A stretch of 48,381 bases of DNA. Origin: Bacteroidales bacterium (GTDB lineage Bacteria > Bacteroidota > Bacteroidia > Bacteroidales > UBA7960). The DNA is taken from contig SKYG01000123.1 of the NCBI GenBank assembly GCA_007128045.1, positions 1 to 48,381 on the forward strand, written 5' to 3'. A program made the position numbers and the translations under genes. Below, piece by piece: positions 1 to 8,265 of the stretch (positions are counted from its first letter, which is position 1; the number at the start of each line of letters is the position of its first letter). A model generated the notes under the pieces. The model worked only from the letters and a program-made list of their open reading frames with translations, was not told where the DNA came from and did no database searches.

Positions 1-170
1 AAAACGTTTATCTCAGAGGTTTTGGCAGCTTCATTATTAAAGAGCGCGCTGAAAAAACCGGCAGAAACATCTCAAAAAACACCACGATCATTATTCCAGC
101 TCATTGTATTCCGGCATTTAAACCTGCTAAAGAATTTGTTGGTGAAGTAAAAGAGTCAGTAAAAGCTTAA
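1..170 (+). CDS. HU family DNA-binding protein, C-terminal part (5' end lies outside the window)
   Basis: The frame is open from the window edge (codons from nt 3) to TAA at 168-170. The translation NVYLRGFGSFIIKERAEKTGRNISKNTTIIIPAHCIPAFKPAKEF fits the HU/IHF arm pattern GFGxF...R...GRN...P...FKP. Confidence 0.7.
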   Translation, partial: NVYLRGFGSFIIKERAEKTGRNISKNTTIIIPAHCIPAFKPAKEFVGEVKESVKA

Positions 171-180
171 TCATATCAAG

Positions 181-270
181 ATGCCAAGCGGAAAAAAAAG
201 AAAAAGACACAAAATGGCTACCCATAAGCGCAAAAAGCGTCTGAGAAAGAACAGACATAAGAAGAAATAA
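181..270 (+). CDS. 29-aa extremely basic peptide, candidate small ribosomal protein (bS22-like)
   Basis: ATG 181 to TAA 268-270 gives MPSGKKRKRHKMATHKRKKRLRKNRHKKK. It is too short for the ORF track. It is about 70% Lys/Arg/His and resembles the KKRRKRMSKKKHRKLL core of actinobacterial bS22 as I recall it. It lies 10 nt after the HU gene and before a strong hairpin. Confidence 0.5.
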   Translation: MPSGKKRKRHKMATHKRKKRLRKNRHKKK

Positions 271-309
271 TGTGCTTTACCTGGTGGCTCTACCCTCTCT
301 TATGATTTC

Positions 310-347
310 AAAATTACATAATACCGCAAATGGTATTATGTAATTTT
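310..347 (+). terminator. Perfect 16-bp hairpin after the HU and basic-peptide genes, a likely terminator
   Basis: AAAATTACATAATACC (310-325), loop GCAAAT, GGTATTATGTAATTTT (332-347). The arms are perfectly complementary and the 3' arm ends in TTTT. Confidence 0.55.
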
Positions 348-440
348 ATATGCATTTATCCGTATTACGGAAGTTTGTACCCTCCTCCATTCATACAAAA
401 AACCTGAATGAATGATGAACCTTTATAAAGTATCTCTATT

Positions 441-1991
441 GTGAACAAAGAGTTAATTATTGATTCCAATGCATCGGAAGTTGTAATGGCTCTGCTTGAA
501 GAGAAGCTTCTCGTGGAGCTTCACAAAGAGCGAAAAAATAACAACTATTCCGTTGGCGACATTTACCTCGGCAAGGTCAAAAAGATCATTTCCGGACTGA
601 ATGCTGCCTTTGTTGATGTAGGATACGAAAAGGATGCCTTTTTACACTATTTAGACCTGGGAAGCCAGGTAAACTCATTAAACAAGTACACAAAGCTGGC
701 TATGGCCGGTAAGACCCGGGTCTTACCCATGGAGCATTTTATCCTAGAAAAAGAAATTGAGAAAACAGGTAAGATATCCAGTGTGCTTACGACCAACCAG
801 CCCGCCCTTGTTCAGATTGCCAAAGAACCCATTTCTACCAAAGGGCCCAGGATCACCAGTGAAATATCCCTCGCAGGCAGGTACCTGGTACTCGTTCCTT
901 TTTCAGACCGTATATCTGTTTCTCAAAAGATTCAAAGTGCAGAAGAAAAAAACCGCCTGAAAAGACTTGTTCAAAGCATTAAACCAAAGAATTTTGGGGT
1001 GATCATTCGTACCATCGCAGAAGGCAAAATGGTAGCAGATCTGGATGCTGACCTGAACAGTCTGGTTTCAAAGTGGTACAGCATAGCTGAAAAGCTCTCA
1101 AGTGCTAAACCCCCAAGGATCATATTGGGCGAGCTAAACCGGTCTTCAGCTATGTTGCGCGACCTGCTTAATGAATCATTCAACAACATTCATGTAAACG
1201 ACCCAACCATTTATGATGAATTAAGGGACTACATCCGCACCATTGCCCCCGAAAAAATAGATATCTTAAAACTCTATAAGGGGAAAATGCCCATCTTTGA
1301 CCATTTTGGTGTTGAGAAACAAATAAAAAGTTCCTTCGGAAAGATTGTTTCTATTAAAAGTGGTGCTTATGTGATTATTGAACACACCGAAGCTTTACAT
1401 GTTATTGATGTTAATAGTGGCCACAGAATCAGTTCTGAAAACAGCCAGGAAGATAACGCACTGGATGTTAACCTGGAAGCAGCAGCAGAAATTGCACGTC
1501 AGTTACGGCTACGCGACATGGGCGGAATTATTGTGGTAGACTTCATTGACATGACAAACCCGGCAAACCGCCGTAAGCTTTATGAGCGCATGAAGGATGA
1601 AATGCAAAAGGACAGGGCAAAGCATAATGTCCTGCCTCCCAGTAAATTTGGACTGGTTCAGATCACCCGTCAACGCGTTCGTTCTGAGACCAATGTAGAG
1701 ATTCTTGAAAAATGTCCCTCATGCGGAGGATCGGGAAAGATTAAACCCAGCGTTATTCTCCTTGATGAGATTGAAAGCAATCTAAGATACCTGATTCAGG
1801 AACAAAACGAAAAGACCCTTTCGTTAAAAGTGCATCCATTTATATATGCTTATTTAACCAAAGGTCTCTTTTCTATCAGAATGAAATGGTTCTTTGCATA
1901 CAAAAAGTGGATTAAGTTATCACCATCCTATTCGTATCATTTCCTCGAATACCGGTTTTATAATAAACTGGATGATGAAATCAAGCTTTAA
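441..1991 (+). CDS. rng: Ribonuclease G/E family (Rne/Rng) endoribonuclease
   Basis: 516-aa ORF with a GTG start. The N-terminus NKELIIDSNASEVVMALLEE plus an S1-like segment (GDIYLGKVKKIISGLNAAFVDVG) and a catalytic-core segment (HVIDVNSG...GGIIVVDFIDM) are typical of RNase G. Confidence 0.85.
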   Translation: MNKELIIDSNASEVVMALLEEKLLVELHKERKNNNYSVGDIYLGKVKKIISGLNAAFVDVGYEKDAFLHYLDLGSQVNSLNKYTKLAMAGKTRVLPMEHFILEKEIEKTGKISSVLTTNQPALVQIAKEPISTKGPRITSEISLAGRYLVLVPFSDRISVSQKIQSAEEKNRLKRLVQSIKPKNFGVIIRTIAEGKMVADLDADLNSLVSKWYSIAEKLSSAKPPRIILGELNRSSAMLRDLLNESFNNIHVNDPTIYDELRDYIRTIAPEKIDILKLYKGKMPIFDHFGVEKQIKSSFGKIVSIKSGAYVIIEHTEALHVIDVNSGHRISSENSQEDNALDVNLEAAAEIARQLRLRDMGGIIVVDFIDMTNPANRRKLYERMKDEMQKDRAKHNVLPPSKFGLVQITRQRVRSETNVEILEKCPSCGGSGKIKPSVILLDEIESNLRYLIQEQNEKTLSLKVHPFIYAYLTKGLFSIRMKWFFAYKKWIKLSPSYSYHFLEYRFYNKLDDEIKL

Positions 1992-2003
1992 TGCTTGATA
2001 AAA

Positions 2004-2065
2004 AACAGCGGGCATCTCGTATTCGTTCACCGAAAACAGAAAGAGACATGCCCGCTGTTTTTTTA
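2004..2065 (+). terminator. Rho-independent-type terminator after rng
   Basis: AACAGCGGGCAT (2004-2015) is perfectly complementary to ATGCCCGCTGTT (2048-2059). The loop is 32 nt. The stem runs into a T-run (2058-2064). Confidence 0.55.
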
Positions 2066-2129
2066 TTTTAAGCTTTATGCTAACTTTGACCATGGTTTTC
2101 AAAACTCAGGTCAACAAACGCATACCAGG

Positions 2130-2618
2130 ATGACTGCAGAAGGAGACTCAATTAGTTCACAAACAGCTGAACTGATCAGACAGGCCAAATATTTTTGCGC
2201 GTATCAGGAACGTTGCTCAAGCGAAGTACTTCAAAAACTCACCAGCCTCGGCGCTGACAAGCAACAACAGCAAATAGTAATGGATATCCTGATACAGGAA
2301 GCCTTTCTGGATGACCGACGCTTTGCAAATGCTTATGCACAAGGTAAATACAAAAACAACCACTGGGGAAGAATAAAGATATTTTTGGAACTTACACGCC
2401 GGGGCATCCCAAACAACATCATCGAACAGGCGATAGAGGGCATAGATAACGATGAATATATCCAAATTCTTCAACATCTGATTACAAAAAAAATCCAAAC
2501 AATAAAAAACAAAAATCAGCAGCAAACCATGGAAAAAACAGCATACTTTTGCACAGGAAAAGGTTTTGAACCCGAACTGGTATGGCAGCTGATAAAGAAA
2601 CAACACTTTGATAGTTAG
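2130..2618 (+). CDS. recX: Recombination regulator RecX
   Basis: The ORF 1995-2618 contains the rng terminator in its first 45 codons, so I call the start at the internal ATG 2130 (MTAEGDS...). The three-repeat helical pattern (AKYFCAYQERCSSEV..., FLDDRRFANAYAQGKYKNNHWGRIKIFLELTRRGI) is RecX-like. Confidence 0.7.
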   Translation: MTAEGDSISSQTAELIRQAKYFCAYQERCSSEVLQKLTSLGADKQQQQIVMDILIQEAFLDDRRFANAYAQGKYKNNHWGRIKIFLELTRRGIPNNIIEQAIEGIDNDEYIQILQHLITKKIQTIKNKNQQQTMEKTAYFCTGKGFEPELVWQLIKKQHFDS

Positions 2619-2664
2619 ATTACAAAAATAATTTAGAACACCCACTTACAAAGAGCTACTAAAC

Positions 2665-3748
2665 ATGATATATAACGACAACATAAAAGAACTTGACAAG
2701 AGGCTCGATGCCCTAAGGAGGTTTCTTTGACATTGATTCAAGAAACAAACAAATAGAAGACTTACAAGGCCTCACTGAGTCTGCCGACTTTTGGAATGAG
2801 TCCAGAGAGGCAGAAAAAATTCTTAAAGAAATATCAGAGCTCAAAAAATGGACTGGTGATTATGAAGAAGCATGCCAGCTATTAGAAGACCTCAAGGTGT
2901 TATTTGAGTTCTTTGAGGCTGGAGAGGGCAGTGAAGAAGAAGTAACCAAAACCTATGACAAGGTTATTAAAGCCATCGACAAGCTCGAGTTTCGGAAGAT
3001 GTTAAGTAAGGATGAGGACAGACTGAATGCCATTGTAAATATCAACTCCGGAGCTGGTGGCACCGAAAGTCAGGACTGGGCAGAAATGCTGATGCGTATG
3101 TACCTTCGATGGAGCGAGCGTAACAATTATAAATCAAATGTGCTTGACATTCAGGAAGGTGATGGTGCAGGTATAAAGAGCGCCTCTATCGAGATTGAAG
3201 GTGAAAATGCCTTCGGGTATCTTAAAGGAGAAAGTGGGGTGCACAGGCTCGTCAGGTTATCACCATTTGATGCCAACCATAAACGCCATACATCATTTGC
3301 TTCTGTATATACCTATCCAGTAGTAGACGATAGCATTGAAATAGAAATTAATCCGGCTGATTTAAGCTGGGACACCTTCAGGTCTAGCGGACCCGGCGGA
3401 CAGAACGTGAACAAAGTTGAAAGCGCTGTCAGGGTACGCCACGCCCCATCCGGCCTCATCGTTGAATGTCAGGAAACAAGATCCCAGGGTCAAAACAGGG
3501 AAAAAGCCCTCACCATGCTGAAATCTCAATTGTATGAGCTTGAGTTGAGAAAGAAGAGAGAAAAACTGCAGGCATTGGAAAGCTCCAAGAAAAAAATTGA
3601 ATGGGGATCACAAATCAGAAGCTATGTGTTTCACCCCTACAAAATGGTCAAAGACTTACGAACTGGTGTTGAAACATCAAATGTGCAACATGTGATGGAT
3701 GGAGAAATTGATGAGTTCATCAAAGCATTCCTCATTGAGTTTGCCTGA
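2665..3748 (+). CDS. prfB: Peptide chain release factor 2, requiring a programmed +1 frameshift at 2725-2731
   Basis: Frame 1 runs ATG 2665 ... AGG AGG TTT CTT TGA (stop at 2728-2730). Frame 2 continues from GAC 2729 into the tracked ORF 2897-3748, which carries SPF and GGQ (SGPGGQNVNK) motifs. The 21-codon N-terminal piece MIYNDNIKELDKRLDALRRFL is RF2-like. Confidence 0.9.
2716..2731 (+). promoter_or_regulatory. prfB +1 frameshift cassette (internal SD-like AGGAGG, 3-nt spacer, CTT TGA C slippery/stop site)
   Basis: The sequence AGGAGG-TTT-CTTTGAC has the same spacing and slippery site as the classical E. coli prfB recoding signal. Confidence 0.9.
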
Positions 3749-4047
3749 AATATTTAACAGATAGTAATTCAATCAATTACATTGCCCAATAATCCTATCT
3801 ATCTGTTTACCATCATGTTAACAAACAGTTAACCAATTACTTCTAACAACTTTTCGTATCAGTTTTTCAGTCAACCAGTTACTCCTTCCTGGTTAATAAC
3901 TTTCAGGCTTTGTTAATAAACTTGGTTTTTACCTGTCAATTTTGTTTTCTATCTTCGTTCTTCGGTTCGCCCATAACAGACATTAACATCTTGTTTCTTC
4001 CGTTTCCCCTGGCGCGCTACACCCAACATTAAAAAAATACATGAAGC

Positions 4048-6696
4048 ATGGACAACAAGCCAGCATTGCAGGATGCGCTCAAAGACGCAGAAAAGAAAAA
4101 GGAACATGACAACCTTTACAACCAGGTTATTGATAAACGGTCGCGACCAGAGCCAGCCCTTTACACTAAGCCTGCAACCTATGAGTATCATGAGGCGGTA
4201 AAAAAGGCAACGGAATACTTTGAAGGCGATAGTCTCGCTGCTGGAGTGTGGGTTAACAAATATGCATTGAAAGATTCAGATGGCAACTTGTATGAGCTCA
4301 CACCCGACGATATGCACAGAAGGATTGCCAAAGAGATAGCGCGCATTGAGAAGCGTTATCCCAATCCCATGAATGAGAATACCGTATTTAACTTGCTTAA
4401 AGGGTTCAAATATATTGTACCCCAAGGTAGTCCGATGGCCGGTATTGGCAACCCTTTTCAGATCGGATCATTATCCAACTGCTTTGTTATTGGCAACAAA
4501 GGTGAAGCCGACTCATACGGTGGCATTATGAAGGTTGATGAAGAACAGGTACAGTTGATGAAAAGACGGGGTGGCGTAGGGCACGACCTGTCACACATCC
4601 GACCAAAAGGTAGCCCCGTAAAAAATAGCGCATTGACCTCCACTGGCCTGGTTCCTTTCATGGAGAGGTACTCCAATTCAACCCGTGAAGTAGCCCAGGA
4701 TGGCCGCCGGGGGGCATTAATGCTTACCGTGTCTATAAAACACCCCGATGCAGAAGGATTTATTAACGCCAAACTCGAACAGGGAAAAGTTACCGGAGCA
4801 AACGTATCGGTGAAAATCACTGACGACTTTATGCAAGCCGTTATTGACAACCATGAGTTTAACCAGCAATACCCTGTCAACTCTGACAATCCCAAGTACA
4901 AAAAACAAATCAATGCCAGGGAGTTATGGAAGAAAATCGTACATAATGCCTGGAAATCAGCTGAGCCAGGGATTCTTTTCTGGGATACCATTATTAAAGA
5001 ATCTGTCCCCGATTCTTACGCAGACCTGGGTTTTACAACCGTATCTACAAACCCTTGTGGTGAAATACCCCTTTGCCCTTACGACAGCTGTCGCCTTCTT
5101 GCCATTAACCTATACAGCTACGTAAAGGATCCTTTTACATCAAAGGCCACATTCGACATGCCTCTCTTTAAAGAACATGTTGGTTATGCACAGAAAATAA
5201 TGGACGATATCATCGACCTGGAACTGGAAAAGATTGATGCCATCCTGAAAAAAATATCATCAGACCCGGAAGATGTTGAAGTAAAAAGCGTGGAAATACA
5301 ATTGTGGGAAAAGATTCGCGAGAAATGTATTCAGGGGCGTAGAACTGGTATTGGGATCACCGCCGAAGGCGATATGCTTGCTGCCCTTGGCTACCGTTAT
5401 GGTACTGAGGAAGCCACAGTATTTTCTGTGAATATTCACAAGACACTGGCCATCGAAGCATACCGGTCATCAACCATTTTGGCAGGAGAAAGGGGCGCAT
5501 TTCCTGTTTATGACTCTCAAAGGGAGGCCAACAACCCGTTTATTCAGAGATTAAAATATGCCGACCCAGAACTATATGAACAGATGAGCAATCATGGTCG
5601 CCGCAACATTGCACTGCTAACCATAGCACCAACCGGAAGTGTTTCTTTGATGACACAAACTACCTCAGGCATTGAGCCTGTTTTCATGGTAGCCTATAAA
5701 AGACGCAAAAAAGTCAATCCCAATGATAAAAATGTGCGTGTCGACTTCGTTGATGAGGTGGGAGATCACTGGGAAGAATATAATGTATTCCACCATAAAT
5801 TTATCACATGGCTGAATGCCAATGGATATAATGTTGATGATGTAAAGAAGATGAAGGATGATGCCCTTGGTGAGATCATCCAACAGTCGCCATTTTATAA
5901 GGCCACTGCAAACGATGTTGATTGGGTAGCCAAAGTGAATATGCAGGGAGCCGTTCAAAAATGGGTTGATCACTCCATTAGTGTAACGGTCAATGTTCCT
6001 GAAAATGTAACCGAAGAGCTTGTTGCCAACATTTATGAGACAGGGTGGAAAAGCGGATGCAAAGGAATTACCGTATACCGCGACGGATCCCGATCCGGAG
6101 TGCTTGTCAAGGATAACACCAAAAAAGAAACAGCCGACGAGGAGTTCAAAGAAACCAGGGCACCAAAACGTCCTAAAGAACTTGAGGCCGAGGTGGTACG
6201 GTTTAATAATGACTCCGAAAAATGGATGGCGGTGGTTGGCACGCTTCATGACCGGCCTTATGAAGTCTTTACTGGCAAAGCCGATGGATTTTACCTCCCT
6301 GCCTTTGTTGAAAAAGGCTGGGTTATTAAAAACCGAACCGAAACAGGCGAAAAACGCTACGACTTTTCATTTCTTGATCGCGATGGATACAAGGTTACCA
6401 TCGAAGGTTTATCCCGTTCCTTTCACAAGGAATACTGGAATTATGCCAAACTGATATCCGGCGTACTTCGTCATGGAATGCCACTTCCCTCGGTGGTAGA
6501 CGTTGTTGAAGACCTGAATCTCGACAGTGACAGGCTGCATACCTGGAGAAATGGCGTCTTAAGAGCCCTTAAGAAGTTTATTCCCAATGGTACCAAAGCC
6601 CAGGGACGAATATGCAGCAATTGCAAAGAAGATGCTGTCATATACCAGGAGGGGTGTCTTACGTGTTCCAGTTGCGGAGAAAGCAAATGCGGGTAA
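4048..6696 (+). CDS. nrdJ: Class II (adenosylcobalamin-dependent) ribonucleoside-diphosphate/triphosphate reductase
   Basis: 882-aa ORF. The active-site finger-loop motif TNPCGEIPL, its length and overall architecture, and a C-terminal Cys cluster (CSNC...CLTCSSCGESKC) are typical of class II RNR tails. Confidence 0.85.
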   Translation: MDNKPALQDALKDAEKKKEHDNLYNQVIDKRSRPEPALYTKPATYEYHEAVKKATEYFEGDSLAAGVWVNKYALKDSDGNLYELTPDDMHRRIAKEIARIEKRYPNPMNENTVFNLLKGFKYIVPQGSPMAGIGNPFQIGSLSNCFVIGNKGEADSYGGIMKVDEEQVQLMKRRGGVGHDLSHIRPKGSPVKNSALTSTGLVPFMERYSNSTREVAQDGRRGALMLTVSIKHPDAEGFINAKLEQGKVTGANVSVKITDDFMQAVIDNHEFNQQYPVNSDNPKYKKQINARELWKKIVHNAWKSAEPGILFWDTIIKESVPDSYADLGFTTVSTNPCGEIPLCPYDSCRLLAINLYSYVKDPFTSKATFDMPLFKEHVGYAQKIMDDIIDLELEKIDAILKKISSDPEDVEVKSVEIQLWEKIREKCIQGRRTGIGITAEGDMLAALGYRYGTEEATVFSVNIHKTLAIEAYRSSTILAGERGAFPVYDSQREANNPFIQRLKYADPELYEQMSNHGRRNIALLTIAPTGSVSLMTQTTSGIEPVFMVAYKRRKKVNPNDKNVRVDFVDEVGDHWEEYNVFHHKFITWLNANGYNVDDVKKMKDDALGEIIQQSPFYKATANDVDWVAKVNMQGAVQKWVDHSISVTVNVPENVTEELVANIYETGWKSGCKGITVYRDGSRSGVLVKDNTKKETADEEFKETRAPKRPKELEAEVVRFNNDSEKWMAVVGTLHDRPYEVFTGKADGFYLPAFVEKGWVIKNRTETGEKRYDFSFLDRDGYKVTIEGLSRSFHKEYWNYAKLISGVLRHGMPLPSVVDVVEDLNLDSDRLHTWRNGVLRALKKFIPNGTKAQGRICSNCKEDAVIYQEGCLTCSSCGESKCG

Positions 6697-6698
6697 AT

Positions 6699-6746
6699 GG
6701 AGTTGAGGAGTTGAGGAGTTGAGGAGTTGAGGAGTTTATGAGTTTA
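6699..6746. repeat. Phased 8-nt tandem array (GGAGTTGA x4, then GGAGTTTA, TGAGTTTA)
   Basis: Read directly from the sequence. It fills the whole convergent spacer between the nrdJ stop (6696) and the AbgT stop (6736), and runs into the last 3 codons of the AbgT gene. Confidence 0.95.
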
Positions 6747-8265
6747 TGTATATCCCCTCGCCAACACCTATTGGCAGGCCCAGTCCGTACCACACAAACA
6801 GCAACACAACCCACATGACAAAAAGGATAACGGCATATGGAATGAGCAATGAAATAATGGTGCCTATGCCTATAGTTTTGTTGTATTTATGTACCCATCC
6901 CAGCAGCAATGGGAAATAGACATAGAGCGGACTGACACAGTTTGTGATGGAGTCTCCGACACGGTACATAAGTTGAACGAACGCCGGGTTATAATTCAGC
7001 TGTGCCAGCATGGGAATAAAAATGGGCGCAAATATGGCCCATTTTGCTGATCCGCTTCCCAGAAATATATTCAACACGGCAATCAGGATCATAAACAGGG
7101 TAAACATGACTGGTCCGGTGAGGCCGGTCGACTTAAGCACTTCAGCGCCTCCAATAGCCAGTATGGTATCCAGGTTTGACCAGCTAAACAAATTGATAAA
7201 CTGCGCTACAACAAGCATCAGAACGATATAGCCCGATAATTCCTTCATCCCGTGTTCCATCTGACGGAGCACATCATTGGGAGCTTTAATGGCCCCGGTG
7301 GCCTTCCCATAAAAATAGCCGGGAATGGCAAAAAAGAAGAATAGTATAGGTATCAGACCACGAAGGAATGGAGATGGAACAATCCCCCCAGTAACCTGAT
7401 TTCTTAGCGGGGCTCCTTCAGGGGCTACCAGCAAAATGATCAATACAGAATATATAAGCAGAGAGAGTCCGGCATGTTTCAAGCCCTTTCTCTCCGATGG
7501 GCTTAGGGAGCCATCACTTACCTGGATGTCGGTACCGGCAGATAATAGTTCAAATTTTTGACATCGTGGGATGGTAAAGCGGTACACGATGAAAGCACCT
7601 CCTATTCCAAGTAAAAAAGTAGAGGCAATCATAAAATACCAGTTTGCCGTAGCGCTTACCTCAATGGCCTGCGGCATTTGTTGGGTTACCTGGGTGCTGA
7701 TACCAGCCAGAAGCACATCGGTTCCTGCGATAAAGAAGTTGGCTGTAAACCCGGCGGTGGCACCGGCATATCCGGCAATCAACCCGGCAATTGGATTCAG
7801 CCCCATCTGTGTAAATATCAGGGCAGCGATGGGAGGAACAATAACAATGCCGGCATCCGAACCAATATTCCCACAAGCACCAATGATAAAGATCACGGGC
7901 ATAACTATTTTTTTGGGGACAGAGAATGCTACCGTTCGTAAGGCTACTGCCAATAAGCCACTTTGCTCGGCTATTGATACACCCATAAGCATGACCAGAA
8001 CCAATCCGAAAGGGGCAAAATGAGCAAAGTTGGTTACCATCTCCTCCACAAATCGTCGCAGCCCATCGCCGGAGATCAGGTTTTGTGCTTTCACCAGCTG
8101 ACCGGTATCGGGATGTAATGCACTCACCCCCATCATGGCAGTAACGGCACTCAGAACAACGATAAAAACACAGATCCAGACAAACATCCAGAACGGATGT
8201 GGGAGCTTATTACCTGCTACTTCGATCCAACGCAGCAATCCTTTTGATTCACCATTAATCTTCAT
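6736..8265 (-). CDS. AbgT family (p-aminobenzoyl-glutamate-type) transporter
   Basis: Polytopic membrane ORF with an AbgT-like N-terminus (LLRWIEVAGNKLPHPFWMFVW). I call the start at the internal ATG 8265 (MKINGESKG...), because the longer ORF to 8337 would run 83 nt into the upstream gene. Confidence 0.75.
   Translation of the reverse strand: MKINGESKGLLRWIEVAGNKLPHPFWMFVWICVFIVVLSAVTAMMGVSALHPDTGQLVKAQNLISGDGLRRFVEEMVTNFAHFAPFGLVLVMLMGVSIAEQSGLLAVALRTVAFSVPKKIVMPVIFIIGACGNIGSDAGIVIVPPIAALIFTQMGLNPIAGLIAGYAGATAGFTANFFIAGTDVLLAGISTQVTQQMPQAIEVSATANWYFMIASTFLLGIGGAFIVYRFTIPRCQKFELLSAGTDIQVSDGSLSPSERKGLKHAGLSLLIYSVLIILLVAPEGAPLRNQVTGGIVPSPFLRGLIPILFFFFAIPGYFYGKATGAIKAPNDVLRQMEHGMKELSGYIVLMLVVAQFINLFSWSNLDTILAIGGAEVLKSTGLTGPVMFTLFMILIAVLNIFLGSGSAKWAIFAPIFIPMLAQLNYNPAFVQLMYRVGDSITNCVSPLYVYFPLLLGWVHKYNKTIGIGTIISLLIPYAVILFVMWVVLLFVWYGLGLPIGVGEGIYINS

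Noticed and set aside
1995-2129. A longer RecX starting at 1995
   Set aside because: The first 45 codons overlie the rng terminator hairpin and T-run and have no RecX similarity. The internal ATG 2130 gives a normal-length RecX.
3749-4047. A cobalamin riboswitch or NrdR boxes upstream of nrdJ
   Set aside because: I could not find a B12-box-like core or an NrdR-type palindrome by eye. B12 riboswitches usually repress B12-independent isozymes, not NrdJ. An Infernal scan would be needed for certainty.
3949-4191. 80-aa minus-strand ORF across the nrdJ start
   Set aside because: It overlaps the nrdJ 5' end and leader in antisense, and is hydrophobic and low-complexity with no support.
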